Shown: positions 18,767 to 27,303, numbered from the stretch's first letter. The stretch: 55,153 nucleotides of DNA from Patescibacteria group bacterium (GCA_021731245.1 JAKFXT010000019.1:1-55153), one strand, 5' to 3'. Made by a program: numbers and translations. The notes: a model not told the origin generated them from the sequence alone.

Positions 18767-19162
18767 GTGAAAGAAAAAAGAGTAAAAAAGACAACAGAAA
18801 AGAGGAAAACAGGGGATTTGGGTGAGTCTATTGCCATTAAGTATTTAGAAGGGAAAGGTTATAAAGTTTTAAAGCAGAACTATCTTAAGCCTTGGGGTGA
18901 GATAGATATTGTAGCTAGGAAGGGAAGCAAGCTCTACTTTATTGAGGTTAAAACCGTTACACATGAAACAAATGGCTCAAATACGTATAGAGCAGAGGAT
19001 AATATTCACCCCTTTAAGCTAAAGCGCCTTGAAAGGACCATAAACTCTTACTTATTAGAGAAAGGAGAAGGTGAGAGCGATTGGCAAATGGACTTGGTAG
19101 TAGTGGCACTAGATAAAGAGAGTAAAAAGGCCAAAGTGAAGTATATAGAGGGAATATTCTAA
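18767..19162 (+). CDS. yraN: YraN (UPF0102) family PD-(D/E)xK nuclease
   Basis: GDLGESIA..YL, GEIDIVA and FIEVKT. Confidence 0.9.
   Translation: MKEKRVKKTTEKRKTGDLGESIAIKYLEGKGYKVLKQNYLKPWGEIDIVARKGSKLYFIEVKTVTHETNGSNTYRAEDNIHPFKLKRLERTINSYLLEKGEGESDWQMDLVVVALDKESKKAKVKYIEGIF
18955..18970. promoter_or_regulatory. parS-like site inside yraN
   Basis: CGTTACACATGAAACA, encoding V-T-H-E-T. Confidence 0.5.
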
Positions 19163-19238
19163 AGGACACTATCGTTTAGTGTTTGTCCTATATTTTGGGA
19201 TATTCAATTTACTCCCAAAAATGCTATAATGTAACTCA

Positions 19239-19634
19239 ATGGAAGCTACTAAGAAATGTCTTTACTGTAATAAATTTTATGCCCCAGATCGTTTTGGTGT
19301 GGCGCTGACCACTTCCCAAAAAGTTTATCGTCGCCAAAAATGTTCGAATTGTTATAGGGAGACAAAACAGAAACTGATACAAAAACATCTTTCTTGGATT
19401 AATGATTATAAAAAGGAGAAAGGATGTACTAGATGTGGTAATATTGACCCGCGAGTCCTTGATTTTCACCATAGGAATGGTAAAGATAAGCTGTTTGGCT
19501 TAGGAACTTTTCGCAGAGCTGTTGGCTTTGAAAGAATAAAAAAGGAAGTTGAAAAGTGTGAAATTGTTTGTGCAAATTGCCACAGAATTTTACATTACGA
19601 AATGAGGCAAGAAAATACAAAAAACGGGGCGTAG
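19239..19634 (+). CDS. HNH endonuclease-like zinc-binding protein
   Basis: CxxC pairs, CTRCG..DPRVLDFHH and CEIVCANCHRILH; stop codon lies inside tRNA-Pro. Confidence 0.85.
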   Translation: MEATKKCLYCNKFYAPDRFGVALTTSQKVYRRQKCSNCYRETKQKLIQKHLSWINDYKKEKGCTRCGNIDPRVLDFHHRNGKDKLFGLGTFRRAVGFERIKKEVEKCEIVCANCHRILHYEMRQENTKNGA

Positions 19635-19695
19635 TATACCGGCAGTACGCTTGTTTTGGGAACAAGTAGACTGGGTTCGATTCCCAGCGCCCCGA
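19625..19695 (+). tRNA. tRNA-Pro(TGG), CCA not encoded
   Basis: CGGGGCG/CGCCCCG acceptor stem, CTTGT-TT-TGG-GA-ACAAG and CTGGG-TTCGATT-CCCAG. Confidence 0.93.
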
Positions 19696-19700
19696 CAATT

Positions 19701-20393
19701 ATGAAATTAAGAAAGATTAGAGGAGGTAATATAGAAGACCTTCAATCTAAAAAATACAATATAGGAGTTGGTATTAGTTTGGGTAACAGATGGTTTACTC
19801 CTTCTAATATCGTAGAAGAGGTAAGGTGGGCTTTGCAGTATACAAAAAAATACGTTGTTATATATGTTGCTGATTCCATACACGCAATTAATTTGGAAGT
19901 CAGAAATAAAATCTCTAAAGAAAAGGCCCTGCGTTCAGCAAATAGGGCTGGAGATAAAATTTTAAAGGAAGTGAAACTTGAAATAGAGAAAAATTTTGAG
20001 TCAATAGATTTCATCAAAATACAATACGCAAAATGGGATGATCTCATTGATGATGATTACAGGAAAAAATTGGCATACCTTTATTCCTTCTATGGTAAAA
20101 ATGATAAATTTAAATTTAACATCCACAATCTTGTAAAAAGCCATCTTTCAAAAGAAGGAGATAGATTTTCTGAAGAAGATATTCATAAATTAGGAACATA
20201 TATTATTGAAGAAATGCCAGAAGTTATGTGTAGAGTTGGTATAAAAGGCAACGTATACGAAGCATACACGTACCCTTTTGATGGAGAGTTGCCAAAGTTT
20301 GTAGAGGATATTCAGAAAGGAATAATTTTCCCTGAAATAAAAGAAAGCATAATGAATACAGAGCCGAAAGTGTTCCTTGAAGTTAACCTGTAA
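19701..20393 (+). CDS. tRNA-dependent cyclodipeptide synthase (CDPS, AlbC-like)
   Basis: GISLGNRWF matches AlbC-type GISxGNxYF with catalytic Ser; YIIEEMP matches YxxxExP; YTYP; 230 aa. Confidence 0.8.
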   Translation: MKLRKIRGGNIEDLQSKKYNIGVGISLGNRWFTPSNIVEEVRWALQYTKKYVVIYVADSIHAINLEVRNKISKEKALRSANRAGDKILKEVKLEIEKNFESIDFIKIQYAKWDDLIDDDYRKKLAYLYSFYGKNDKFKFNIHNLVKSHLSKEGDRFSEEDIHKLGTYIIEEMPEVMCRVGIKGNVYEAYTYPFDGELPKFVEDIQKGIIFPEIKESIMNTEPKVFLEVNL

Positions 20394-20425
20394 CCCCCAC
20401 CCATTTTCTTTAGTTCTATACTCAT

Positions 20426-20743
20426 ATGTCACCAATACTTAAAACAGCGATTGTTAATGCTCTAGGGACAGCCCTGTATATTGCTCTAATTTCTACTTTT
20501 ATGTTTTATGGGCCAGAGTTTTTGGGCGAACCTGATACACCGGACTCTGTTTTGCTTCCCATAATGATGATATCTCTTTTTGTTTTTTCAGCCGCTATAA
20601 CTGCCGGACTTGTTATAGGAAGACCTATAATGTGGTTTTTGGAGGGAAAGAAAAGGGAAGCGGTCACGCTCTTTGTTTACACTCTCGCTATTTTCCTAGT
20701 AATTATTATAGGAATAGTCGGTTTAGTTGCCTTTGTTCACTAA
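20426..20743 (+). CDS. small integral membrane protein
   Basis: 105 aa with three hydrophobic helices. Confidence 0.75.
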   Translation: MSPILKTAIVNALGTALYIALISTFMFYGPEFLGEPDTPDSVLLPIMMISLFVFSAAITAGLVIGRPIMWFLEGKKREAVTLFVYTLAIFLVIIIGIVGLVAFVH

Positions 20744-21963
20744 TTTGTCAGTTCTTGTACGAGAAGATTTTTCAAATAATCAAATTTGTTTGCACGGAAG
20801 GTGAGGACTTTGCTTACTAAATTGCCCGCAAGATATTCACTTAAGTTTTGATTTGTACTCTCTTGAATGCTTCTGTTGATGTGAGAGAGAGTGATGGCGC
20901 GTAAATCTCTTGCAGAGGTTGTGTCTTCGGTTGTGGTGGTGACAATAATTCCTACTACTTTTTTCTCACTTACTTTTACTACAGCGCCACCTGATGAGCC
21001 CTTTTGCGCTAAGACAGAGCCACCTAAAGACATTAAATCCAAAGTAGTCTCTTTGAAGGTGAAGAATTGTTTGATGGTGGAGACGGTGGAGGAGATATAT
21101 AAATTTTGTATGACGGTAATGCCTCCAAGAAAGCCAGCGGGGTAAGCGGTGACTACATAAGAATCCGCTAAAGCAGATTTTTCATCTGGTTCCTCTGCGT
21201 TAAATAGAACATAGGGGAATGTGACAGGGAGTGGCTTATCTTTATTCGCTGAGCTTGTGATTAGGATCAAGGCGAAGTCGTGTTCACCAGTTCCAAGTGG
21301 ATTCTCTTCGCTTAAATTTTTCTTATTCTTTTCAATCCAAGGAGGGGAGATGTATAGAAGCTCTCCTCTGTAAGCGGCTGTTGCAGGACTCCCTGTTCTT
21401 ATAACGCAATCAATATTGTTGGGGGTTGGATAATCTTTCAGTAGAAAATATTGGGCTAGGTGAGCGTTTGTGAGTACTACACCGCGTTCGTCTATTATGA
21501 CACCGCTTCCTGTGAGTGGTCTCAAAACACTTCCAGCCTCGGTGTAGCAGAGAATGTTCACCGCTGCTTTTCTTGCCAATTCATTTACTTCATTTGCGCT
21601 TGGGGCCGGTTGCGGAGGAGTTTCTGCTATTGGCTTAATAGAAAGGGTGAGTGTTTCTTCTATTGGTTTTAATGTTTCTTTTATTGGGGTATTTGTTTTG
21701 GGAGTCGTGGCAGTTTTTGTTGGGGTACTTTCTATTTTGGTTATTGGTTTTGTTTCTAGTGTAGTGGTTGCTTTGGGTTCATTGGCAATTTTTTCTTCGG
21801 TTGTGGTCGCAATAAGTGTTTTGAGTGGGGTAGAGGTGGACGTTTGCACTTCCTCCTTAACATAAGTAGAAGGCGTGCTCGTAGACATAAGATTCGCCGC
21901 TACAAGTAGGGAAATAAAGCCAACAGAAGCTATTTTTATTAGCATTTCGAACAGAGAAAGCAT
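20740..21963 (-). CDS. secreted/anchored trypsin-like serine protease
   Basis: N-terminal hydrophobic segment, Thr/Pro-rich linker, triad motifs TNAHL, DFA and GSSGG. Confidence 0.85.
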   Translation of the reverse strand: MLSLFEMLIKIASVGFISLLVAANLMSTSTPSTYVKEEVQTSTSTPLKTLIATTTEEKIANEPKATTTLETKPITKIESTPTKTATTPKTNTPIKETLKPIEETLTLSIKPIAETPPQPAPSANEVNELARKAAVNILCYTEAGSVLRPLTGSGVIIDERGVVLTNAHLAQYFLLKDYPTPNNIDCVIRTGSPATAAYRGELLYISPPWIEKNKKNLSEENPLGTGEHDFALILITSSANKDKPLPVTFPYVLFNAEEPDEKSALADSYVVTAYPAGFLGGITVIQNLYISSTVSTIKQFFTFKETTLDLMSLGGSVLAQKGSSGGAVVKVSEKKVVGIIVTTTTEDTTSARDLRAITLSHINRSIQESTNQNLSEYLAGNLVSKVLTFRANKFDYLKNLLVQELTN

Positions 21964-22000
21964 TCTGTAATAATATCAGAATTAAAGTGAATTTCAGATG

Positions 22001-22029
22001 TTGAACCCCCGTATATAGTACGATAGAAT
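22001..22029 (+). promoter_or_regulatory. promoter for leaderless paralog 3 + tRNA-Gly transcript
   Basis: TTGAAC-N17-TAGAAT-N6-ATG(22036). Confidence 0.6.
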
Positions 22030-22035
22030 GTGCAT

Positions 22036-22698
22036 ATGAAATTGGCTTTAAGAAAAAAAGCTGAGGGACTACGCTTAGGAGGATATTCTTATACTTATAT
22101 ATCTAAAAAATTAAATGTATCAAAAGGCACTTTAAGTCAGTGGCTTTCTCTTGTTCCTTATACTCCAAATAAAGAAACCATAGCCGTTATAGGGAAAGCC
22201 AGAGTGGCTTCTGGGTTGGTAAAACATAAGTTAAAACTTAAATCTATAGCTGATGCTAAAACAGAAGCTGAAAAAGAAATAGGGAATCTTTCCGAAAGAG
22301 ATATTTTTATGTTGGGTTTAGGTATCTATATTGGTGAAGGAGCGAAAACCCACAGCATTATACGCCTTATTAATTCAAATCCTGATATAATCAAATTCGC
22401 AGTAAAATGGTTTAAGGAATCTTGCGGTTTAAGTATAAGCAATATTAGGATTAGGTTGCATCTTTATCCTGATAATAACGAAAGTAAATGCATTGATTTT
22501 TGGTCTAAAGTCACAGGCATTCCTAGAAACAATTTTCATAAAACCTATATTGATAGGAGGGTAAATAAAAAACTTGCGAAAAGAGGTAAATTGCCTTATG
22601 GTACTGCACATATTGGCATTAAAAGTTTGGGGCAAAAGAAATTTGGGGTTTTTCTTTCAAGAAAGATTAATGCCTGGATTGATAGGGCTTTGAAATAA
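22036..22698 (+). CDS. HTH + LAGLIDADG-like protein (paralog 3)
   Basis: LRLGGYSYTYISKKLNVSKGTLSQW HTH; FMLGLGIYIGEGAK, INSNP, FWS..TG and LPYG; ends 11 nt before tRNA-Gly(TCC). Confidence 0.75.
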   Translation: MKLALRKKAEGLRLGGYSYTYISKKLNVSKGTLSQWLSLVPYTPNKETIAVIGKARVASGLVKHKLKLKSIADAKTEAEKEIGNLSERDIFMLGLGIYIGEGAKTHSIIRLINSNPDIIKFAVKWFKESCGLSISNIRIRLHLYPDNNESKCIDFWSKVTGIPRNNFHKTYIDRRVNKKLAKRGKLPYGTAHIGIKSLGQKKFGVFLSRKINAWIDRALK

Positions 22699-22709
22699 AA
22701 CACATAATT

Positions 22710-22783
22710 GCGGGATTAGTTTAATGGTAAAATGGGAGTTTTCCAAACTCTTGATGGGAGTTCGATTCTCCCATCCCGCACCA
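22710..22783 (+). tRNA. tRNA-Gly(TCC), CCA encoded
   Basis: GCGGGAT/ATCCCGC, GGAGT-TT-TCC-AA-ACTCT, GGGAG-TTCGATT-CTCCC and ACCA. Confidence 0.95.
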
Positions 22784-22826
22784 AATTAAAAATAGTCCTA
22801 TACACATAGGACTATTTTTAATTTTT
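22784..22826 (+). terminator. terminator after tRNA-Gly(TCC)
   Basis: AATTAAAAATAGTCCTA-N6-TAGGACTATTTTTAATT followed by a T-run. Confidence 0.65.
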
Positions 22827-22832
22827 GTGGAC

Positions 22833-22930
22833 TGTAGGATGGGAGAATCGAAAGCCGGAGCACGACAGGTGCGAGGCGGGGTCGCGGAAATTTTTAGTAA
22901 AAAATTATCTGTGACCGATTCTCCTACTTA
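22833..22930. repeat. structured element beginning with an inverted copy of the tRNA 3' arm
   Basis: GGATGGGAGAATCGAA is the exact reverse complement of tRNA TTCGATTCTCCCATCC; internal hairpins closed by GATTCTCC. Confidence 0.5.
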
Positions 22931-23025
22931 CTTCATTTTAAGAAAAGAAAAAACCCCGTGCTAATCTGGGGCTTTTTTCTTATCCCTAATATTTCTAAGG
23001 ATTATAAATTTTTCTGCAGAAAAAT

Positions 23026-23298
23026 TTATTTGACCGCTTCTTTCAAAGCTTTGGCTGCACGGAACTTCGGTACCTTCATTGCTTTAACTTGAACCATTTC
23101 TCCAGTGCGTGGGTTTCTCGCTGTGCGCGCAGCGCGTTGCTTCACTGTGAAGATTCCAAGACCTGCAATTGATACTTCTCCGCCTTTCTTTAATTCATTA
23201 ACAATTCCGCCAATGAATGTTTCAACAGCTTGTTCGGCTTGAACTTTGGTGCCACCAAGAACTTCTTGAACGGCATCAACTAATCCTGCTTTATTCAT
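23026..23298 (-). CDS. hup: DNA-binding protein HU
   Basis: MNKAGLV, GLGIF, RAARTARNPRTGE and PKFRAAKALKEAV. Confidence 0.95.
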   Translation of the reverse strand: MNKAGLVDAVQEVLGGTKVQAEQAVETFIGGIVNELKKGGEVSIAGLGIFTVKQRAARTARNPRTGEMVQVKAMKVPKFRAAKALKEAVK

Positions 23299-23463
23299 AT
23301 TTATAAAAAATTGAAGTGGGTTTGTTGTTTTCGACCAATGAAATAAGTATATAATGAGCCATTTTTTGCGCAATAGCTTCAAAATTACCTATTTTTTGAG
23401 TTAAAAATTATTTTAAATAAAAGAAAAAGCCGAGTTTCTCGGCTTTCTAAAGGAAAAGCAGTG

Positions 23464-23904
23464 TTAGACGTGAGCATGATTCACCAACATTTCTTCGCAA
23501 CTTCTGCCCCAGCCCTCTGCGTATAGTAGAAAGAAGCAGATTCTTTCGGTGATGAAGAAAGCAATTGAAATACCGGCCGCTCCATACAGCAAGTGGGCTT
23601 CGCTTGCGCCCAATGCGTATGAGACGTAGGCCACTATGAGGAAGGCAATGTTTGCCACCCTAAGAATTAGCGCGTAATAGAAAAGACGTCGCTCGAACTT
23701 GCGCATTCCCCCTTCTTTTTCCCAAGACCCACTTCTTTTGGGGTTGGAAATAAAGAATTTGTAGTAATCAACAAGGCTACGAGGAGAAGATTCCCTGTAC
23801 CAGAACCACAGGCTAGCTACAAATAGTAAGTAGCACCTGTGTTCCCAGAAGAACACGTAGGTTCGACCACGGGTGTGGGATAGAAGTGATAGGATGGCGT
23901 TCAT
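23464..23904 (-). CDS. hypothetical orphan membrane protein
   Basis: GAGGAG SD, hydrophobic segments and downstream hairpin AGCCGAG-TTT-CTCGGCT. Confidence 0.55.
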   Translation of the reverse strand: MNAILSLLSHTRGRTYVFFWEHRCYLLFVASLWFWYRESSPRSLVDYYKFFISNPKRSGSWEKEGGMRKFERRLFYYALILRVANIAFLIVAYVSYALGASEAHLLYGAAGISIAFFITERICFFLLYAEGWGRSCEEMLVNHAHV

Positions 23905-23996
23905 TTCTGCTTACTCCTCTGTAATTTGAAAAGGCTGTTCCAATAGCAAAACTACATTTTAGGTTTGCTGATGTCAAATTATCTAAATTTGCGCTA

Positions 23997-25526
23997 CTAT
24001 CTTGCGTATTCGATTGAACGACTCTCGCGAATTACATTTACTTTAATTTCTCCTGGGTATTTCATTTCTTGTTCTATGCGAGTAGCAATATCTTTAGCAA
24101 GCTTACGAGCCTCGAGGTCAGTTATTTGGTCTGGTTTCACAAAAACACGCATTTCACGGCCTGCCTGAATGGCAAAAGCCTTCTCTACGCCTGTAAAGGA
24201 CAATGCTATGGCTTCTAAGTCGCCAAGACGCTTTATGTAGTTCTCTATTGTGTCACGACGAGCGCCGGGACGCCCTCCTGAAATAGCGTCAGCCACTTGA
24301 ACGAGAATGGATTCAACGTTGTCGTATGGGTATTCCTCATGGTGAGCGGAAACCGCGATGATGATTTGTTCTCCTACGCCAAATTTCTGGAGAATTCTAC
24401 GGCCAATTTCTACGTGAGTGCCTTGTACTTCGTGGTCTACTGCCTTACCAATATCATGTAAGAGGGCACCGGCTTTAGCTACTGCTACATTTGCTCCAAG
24501 CTCTTCTGCCATAACTCCAGCTATGTGGGCCATCTCAATTGAGTGTTGCAAGACGTTTTGGCCATAACTAGTGCGGAAATGAAGGCGTCCGAGAATAGAA
24601 ACCACTCTTGGATCTAGATTGAATACCCCACACTCATAACAGGCCTGTTCGCCTTTTTCTTTTATAATTTTGTTTATTTCGTTTCGTGCCTTTTCTACCA
24701 ATTCCTCAATCTTCGCTGGCTGAATTCTGCCGTCTATTATGAGGTTTTCAAGGGCAACACGAGCTATTTGGCGACGAACTGGATCAAAACAAGAGATTGT
24801 AATAACACCTGGGGTATCATCAACTATGACTTCAACTCCGGTTGCACGCTCAAAGGCCTTTATGTTTCTACCCTCTTTACCAATAATTTTTCCTTTTATT
24901 TCATCTGATGGAATAGAAACGGAAGTTGCCATTGTGTCTGCGGCAACAGAATTACCAAAACGATGAATTGCAGAAATGATTATTTCTTTAGCGCGACGCT
25001 CCAATTTTTCTTGACCAGTTTGTTCAAGTTTTTGAATGCGTTGCATTATGTCTTCCTCAGATTGATTTTCTATTGATTTTACTAGTTCTCCTTTCGCTTC
25101 TTCTTTTGAAAGTCCTGCAACTCTTTCTAATTCAACTTGCTTCTCTTTTTCTAGCGCTTCAGTCTTTTCTTTTATTTGTTTTATTTCCGTGACCTTATCT
25201 TTTATGTGATTTACTTCGTTATCAATATCGACTTGGCGCTTATCTAGAAGCTCCTCCTTTTTTATGAGACGCTCTTCTGACTTTTGTATTTTCTCTTCTC
25301 TTTCCTTGGTTTCTTCCTTTGCTTGTTTTTCTAATTCCTCTATTTTTTTCTTGGCTTCGGACGTAATTATTTCAGCGGCTTCTTTTGCCTTGAGTTCCAT
25401 TTGGCGTAGCTCAATTTCTACAGAACCACGCTTTCCCATGGTGAGGAGATAACGTAATAAATATCCTAAAACACCACCTACTATTGTGCCTATCCCAAGA
25501 AGGGCTAATATTATTTTTAATGACAT
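23997..25526 (-). CDS. rny: ribonuclease Y
   Basis: N-terminal TM, coiled coil, KH (KGKIIGKEGRNI) and HD (LLHDIGK) domains, SGGRPGAR. Confidence 0.97.
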   Translation of the reverse strand: MSLKIILALLGIGTIVGGVLGYLLRYLLTMGKRGSVEIELRQMELKAKEAAEIITSEAKKKIEELEKQAKEETKEREEKIQKSEERLIKKEELLDKRQVDIDNEVNHIKDKVTEIKQIKEKTEALEKEKQVELERVAGLSKEEAKGELVKSIENQSEEDIMQRIQKLEQTGQEKLERRAKEIIISAIHRFGNSVAADTMATSVSIPSDEIKGKIIGKEGRNIKAFERATGVEVIVDDTPGVITISCFDPVRRQIARVALENLIIDGRIQPAKIEELVEKARNEINKIIKEKGEQACYECGVFNLDPRVVSILGRLHFRTSYGQNVLQHSIEMAHIAGVMAEELGANVAVAKAGALLHDIGKAVDHEVQGTHVEIGRRILQKFGVGEQIIIAVSAHHEEYPYDNVESILVQVADAISGGRPGARRDTIENYIKRLGDLEAIALSFTGVEKAFAIQAGREMRVFVKPDQITDLEARKLAKDIATRIEQEMKYPGEIKVNVIRESRSIEYAR

Positions 25527-25717
25527 ACAGGGTTTTTACCCTGCTTTACTTAGAGCATTCTGTACTTTTGCGATATCGCTTGGTTCTTTTTGGAAATTTT
25601 CATTAAGGATAAGTTTTACGGGAATTTCGGTAAGATTTCAGAAAGTTCTTCTATAAAACAGTGGCTAATTGCTAAATTTGTTAATGTCCACATATTAGCG
25701 ATAATTGACTAAAAAAG

Positions 25718-25754
25718 CAAAGCCCCCTTCCTCGAACCGAGGAAGGGGGCTTTG
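25718..25754 (-). terminator. intrinsic terminator after clpP
   Basis: CAAAGCCCCCTTCCTCG-AAC-CGAGGAAGGGGGCTTTG with T-run on the minus strand. Confidence 0.75.
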
Positions 25755-25769
25755 TGGCCTTATTTTCCT

Positions 25770-26378
25770 TTATTTCTTATCGGGTTTTTCTCCGGCGCTA
25801 CTTTTGTGTATTTCATCAATAATTCCGTACTTTTTAGCGTCGTCTGATGACATGTAGTAGTCGCGCTCTACATCTTTTTCTATTTTTGATACAGGTTGAC
25901 CCGTATTTTTAGCTAGTATTTTATTTAAGGTCTCACGAGTTTTTAAAATATGCTTAGCGGAAATTTCAATATCAGTTGCTTGACCTTCAGTTCCTCCCCA
26001 AGGTTGGTGAATCATTACTTCTGAATTAGGAAGTGCAAAACGCTTACCTTTTTCACCGGCAGAAAGAATTACAGCGGCGGCGGATGCAGCGATCCCCACA
26101 CACACAGTTGCAACGGCTGGCTTTACATAATTCATAGTGTCTAATATGGCAAGTCCCGCAGTTACGACACCACCTGGTGAATTTATATAGAGATAAATAT
26201 CTTTTTTAGAATCAACTGATTCAAGATAAAGTAGTTGAGCAATTACAATGTTAGCTACATTGTCATCAATTGCTCCTCCTAGGAAAATGATTCTGTCTTC
26301 AAGTAGGCGAGAGTAAATGTCATAAGCGCGCTCGCCGTCAGAACTCTTCTTGATAACTGTTGGTATTAATATAGACAT
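25770..26378 (-). CDS. clpP: ATP-dependent Clp protease proteolytic subunit
   Basis: [22 protein letters not shown] and MIHQP. Confidence 0.97.
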   Translation of the reverse strand: MSILIPTVIKKSSDGERAYDIYSRLLEDRIIFLGGAIDDNVANIVIAQLLYLESVDSKKDIYLYINSPGGVVTAGLAILDTMNYVKPAVATVCVGIAASAAAVILSAGEKGKRFALPNSEVMIHQPWGGTEGQATDIEISAKHILKTRETLNKILAKNTGQPVSKIEKDVERDYYMSSDDAKKYGIIDEIHKSSAGEKPDKK

Positions 26379-26458
26379 AAAATTAGATAGATTAGACGAT
26401 TAGATGAATTAGATTATCAGAATTGCATATTATCAGATTTACATTTCTAGACAAGTTT

Positions 26459-27229
26459 TTATTTTTTCTCTTCCGCTATACCCCAAAGCATAAGGAAGAA
26501 TTGTTTATAGTTCATGGCTACTACGGGAGATTTTATTACATAAATTAGTGGGGGAGTAAGAAAACTATAAAAAGACACTTCACTGCTGCGAATCACCATG
26601 TGCGTTACGCCCTGAGGTAGACTTTTCATAAATCGATATTGCTGATTGGGGAATATTCCGATGTATTTTTCATAAAGAGACCTCTCGTTTTCACTGCCAA
26701 TATATTTTACTTCGATATGTTTTTTCTTTTTTATTTCTAAGTATTCATCTAATAAATCTCCCATTACTTCACTAAAACCTTCTGTGTGCCCACCAATAAT
26801 AAATTCTTCAGAAGATTCTGTGCAGTGTTTTACTGCATCCATCTCAAATTGTTGAATGACTCGTACCCCTTGTATCACTTCAAAATCCTGTTCGTAACCC
26901 ACTTTGCTGATTTTCCCCAATTGCTCGGCAAGATCACTTGCTTCCACCGTTTTCTTTTTGGCAATTTTCTCAAGTTGAATTGGTGGCCGAGCTTTATATT
27001 TTCCGTGCTTGCCATACTTTATTTCGTCGACAAGGCCAAATTCAATCAAGCGACGAAGGGCCAGATAGACATATTGGCGATGAATCTTAGCTCCTAATGC
27101 AATTTTGGATCCGCCTGCCTCTGTACCACGCTCCAAAAGGTAAAGATAAACTTTCGCCTCGTTTTCTGAAAGCCCAAAAGAGACAAGGGAGGAGAGGTGT
27201 GGGTCAATGATTGATTTTTTATTTGTCAT
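26459..27229 (-). CDS. TrmB-family winged-helix transcriptional regulator
   Basis: FGLSENEAKVYLYLL...IHRQYVYLALRRLIEFGLV wHTH with a C-terminal effector domain. Confidence 0.8.
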   Translation of the reverse strand: MTNKKSIIDPHLSSLVSFGLSENEAKVYLYLLERGTEAGGSKIALGAKIHRQYVYLALRRLIEFGLVDEIKYGKHGKYKARPPIQLEKIAKKKTVEASDLAEQLGKISKVGYEQDFEVIQGVRVIQQFEMDAVKHCTESSEEFIIGGHTEGFSEVMGDLLDEYLEIKKKKHIEVKYIGSENERSLYEKYIGIFPNQQYRFMKSLPQGVTHMVIRSSEVSFYSFLTPPLIYVIKSPVVAMNYKQFFLMLWGIAEEKK

Positions 27230-27303
27230 ATATTTTATTACAACTTACTACAATAACGTTATTTTGCAAGCATTTGTGTAAGAAATAACTGTCATTATAT
27301 TAT

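Noticed and set aside
18212-19698. Minus-strand ORFs 18212-18493 and 19429-19698
   Set aside because: They begin in antisense tRNA sequence, a typical spurious ORF pattern
19656-19700. N-terminal extension of the CDPS ORF in the ORF track
   Set aside because: Overlaps tRNA-Pro; the ATG at 19701 is the plausible start
16952-22783. Nuclease ORFs as intron-encoded proteins in split tRNAs
   Set aside because: All four tRNAs fold as complete uninterrupted cloverleaves, and the flanks leave no room for group I/II intron cores
25527-25700. 6S RNA upstream of rny
   Set aside because: The position is suggestive, but no convincing long closing stem and central bubble could be folded by eye; treated as a leader
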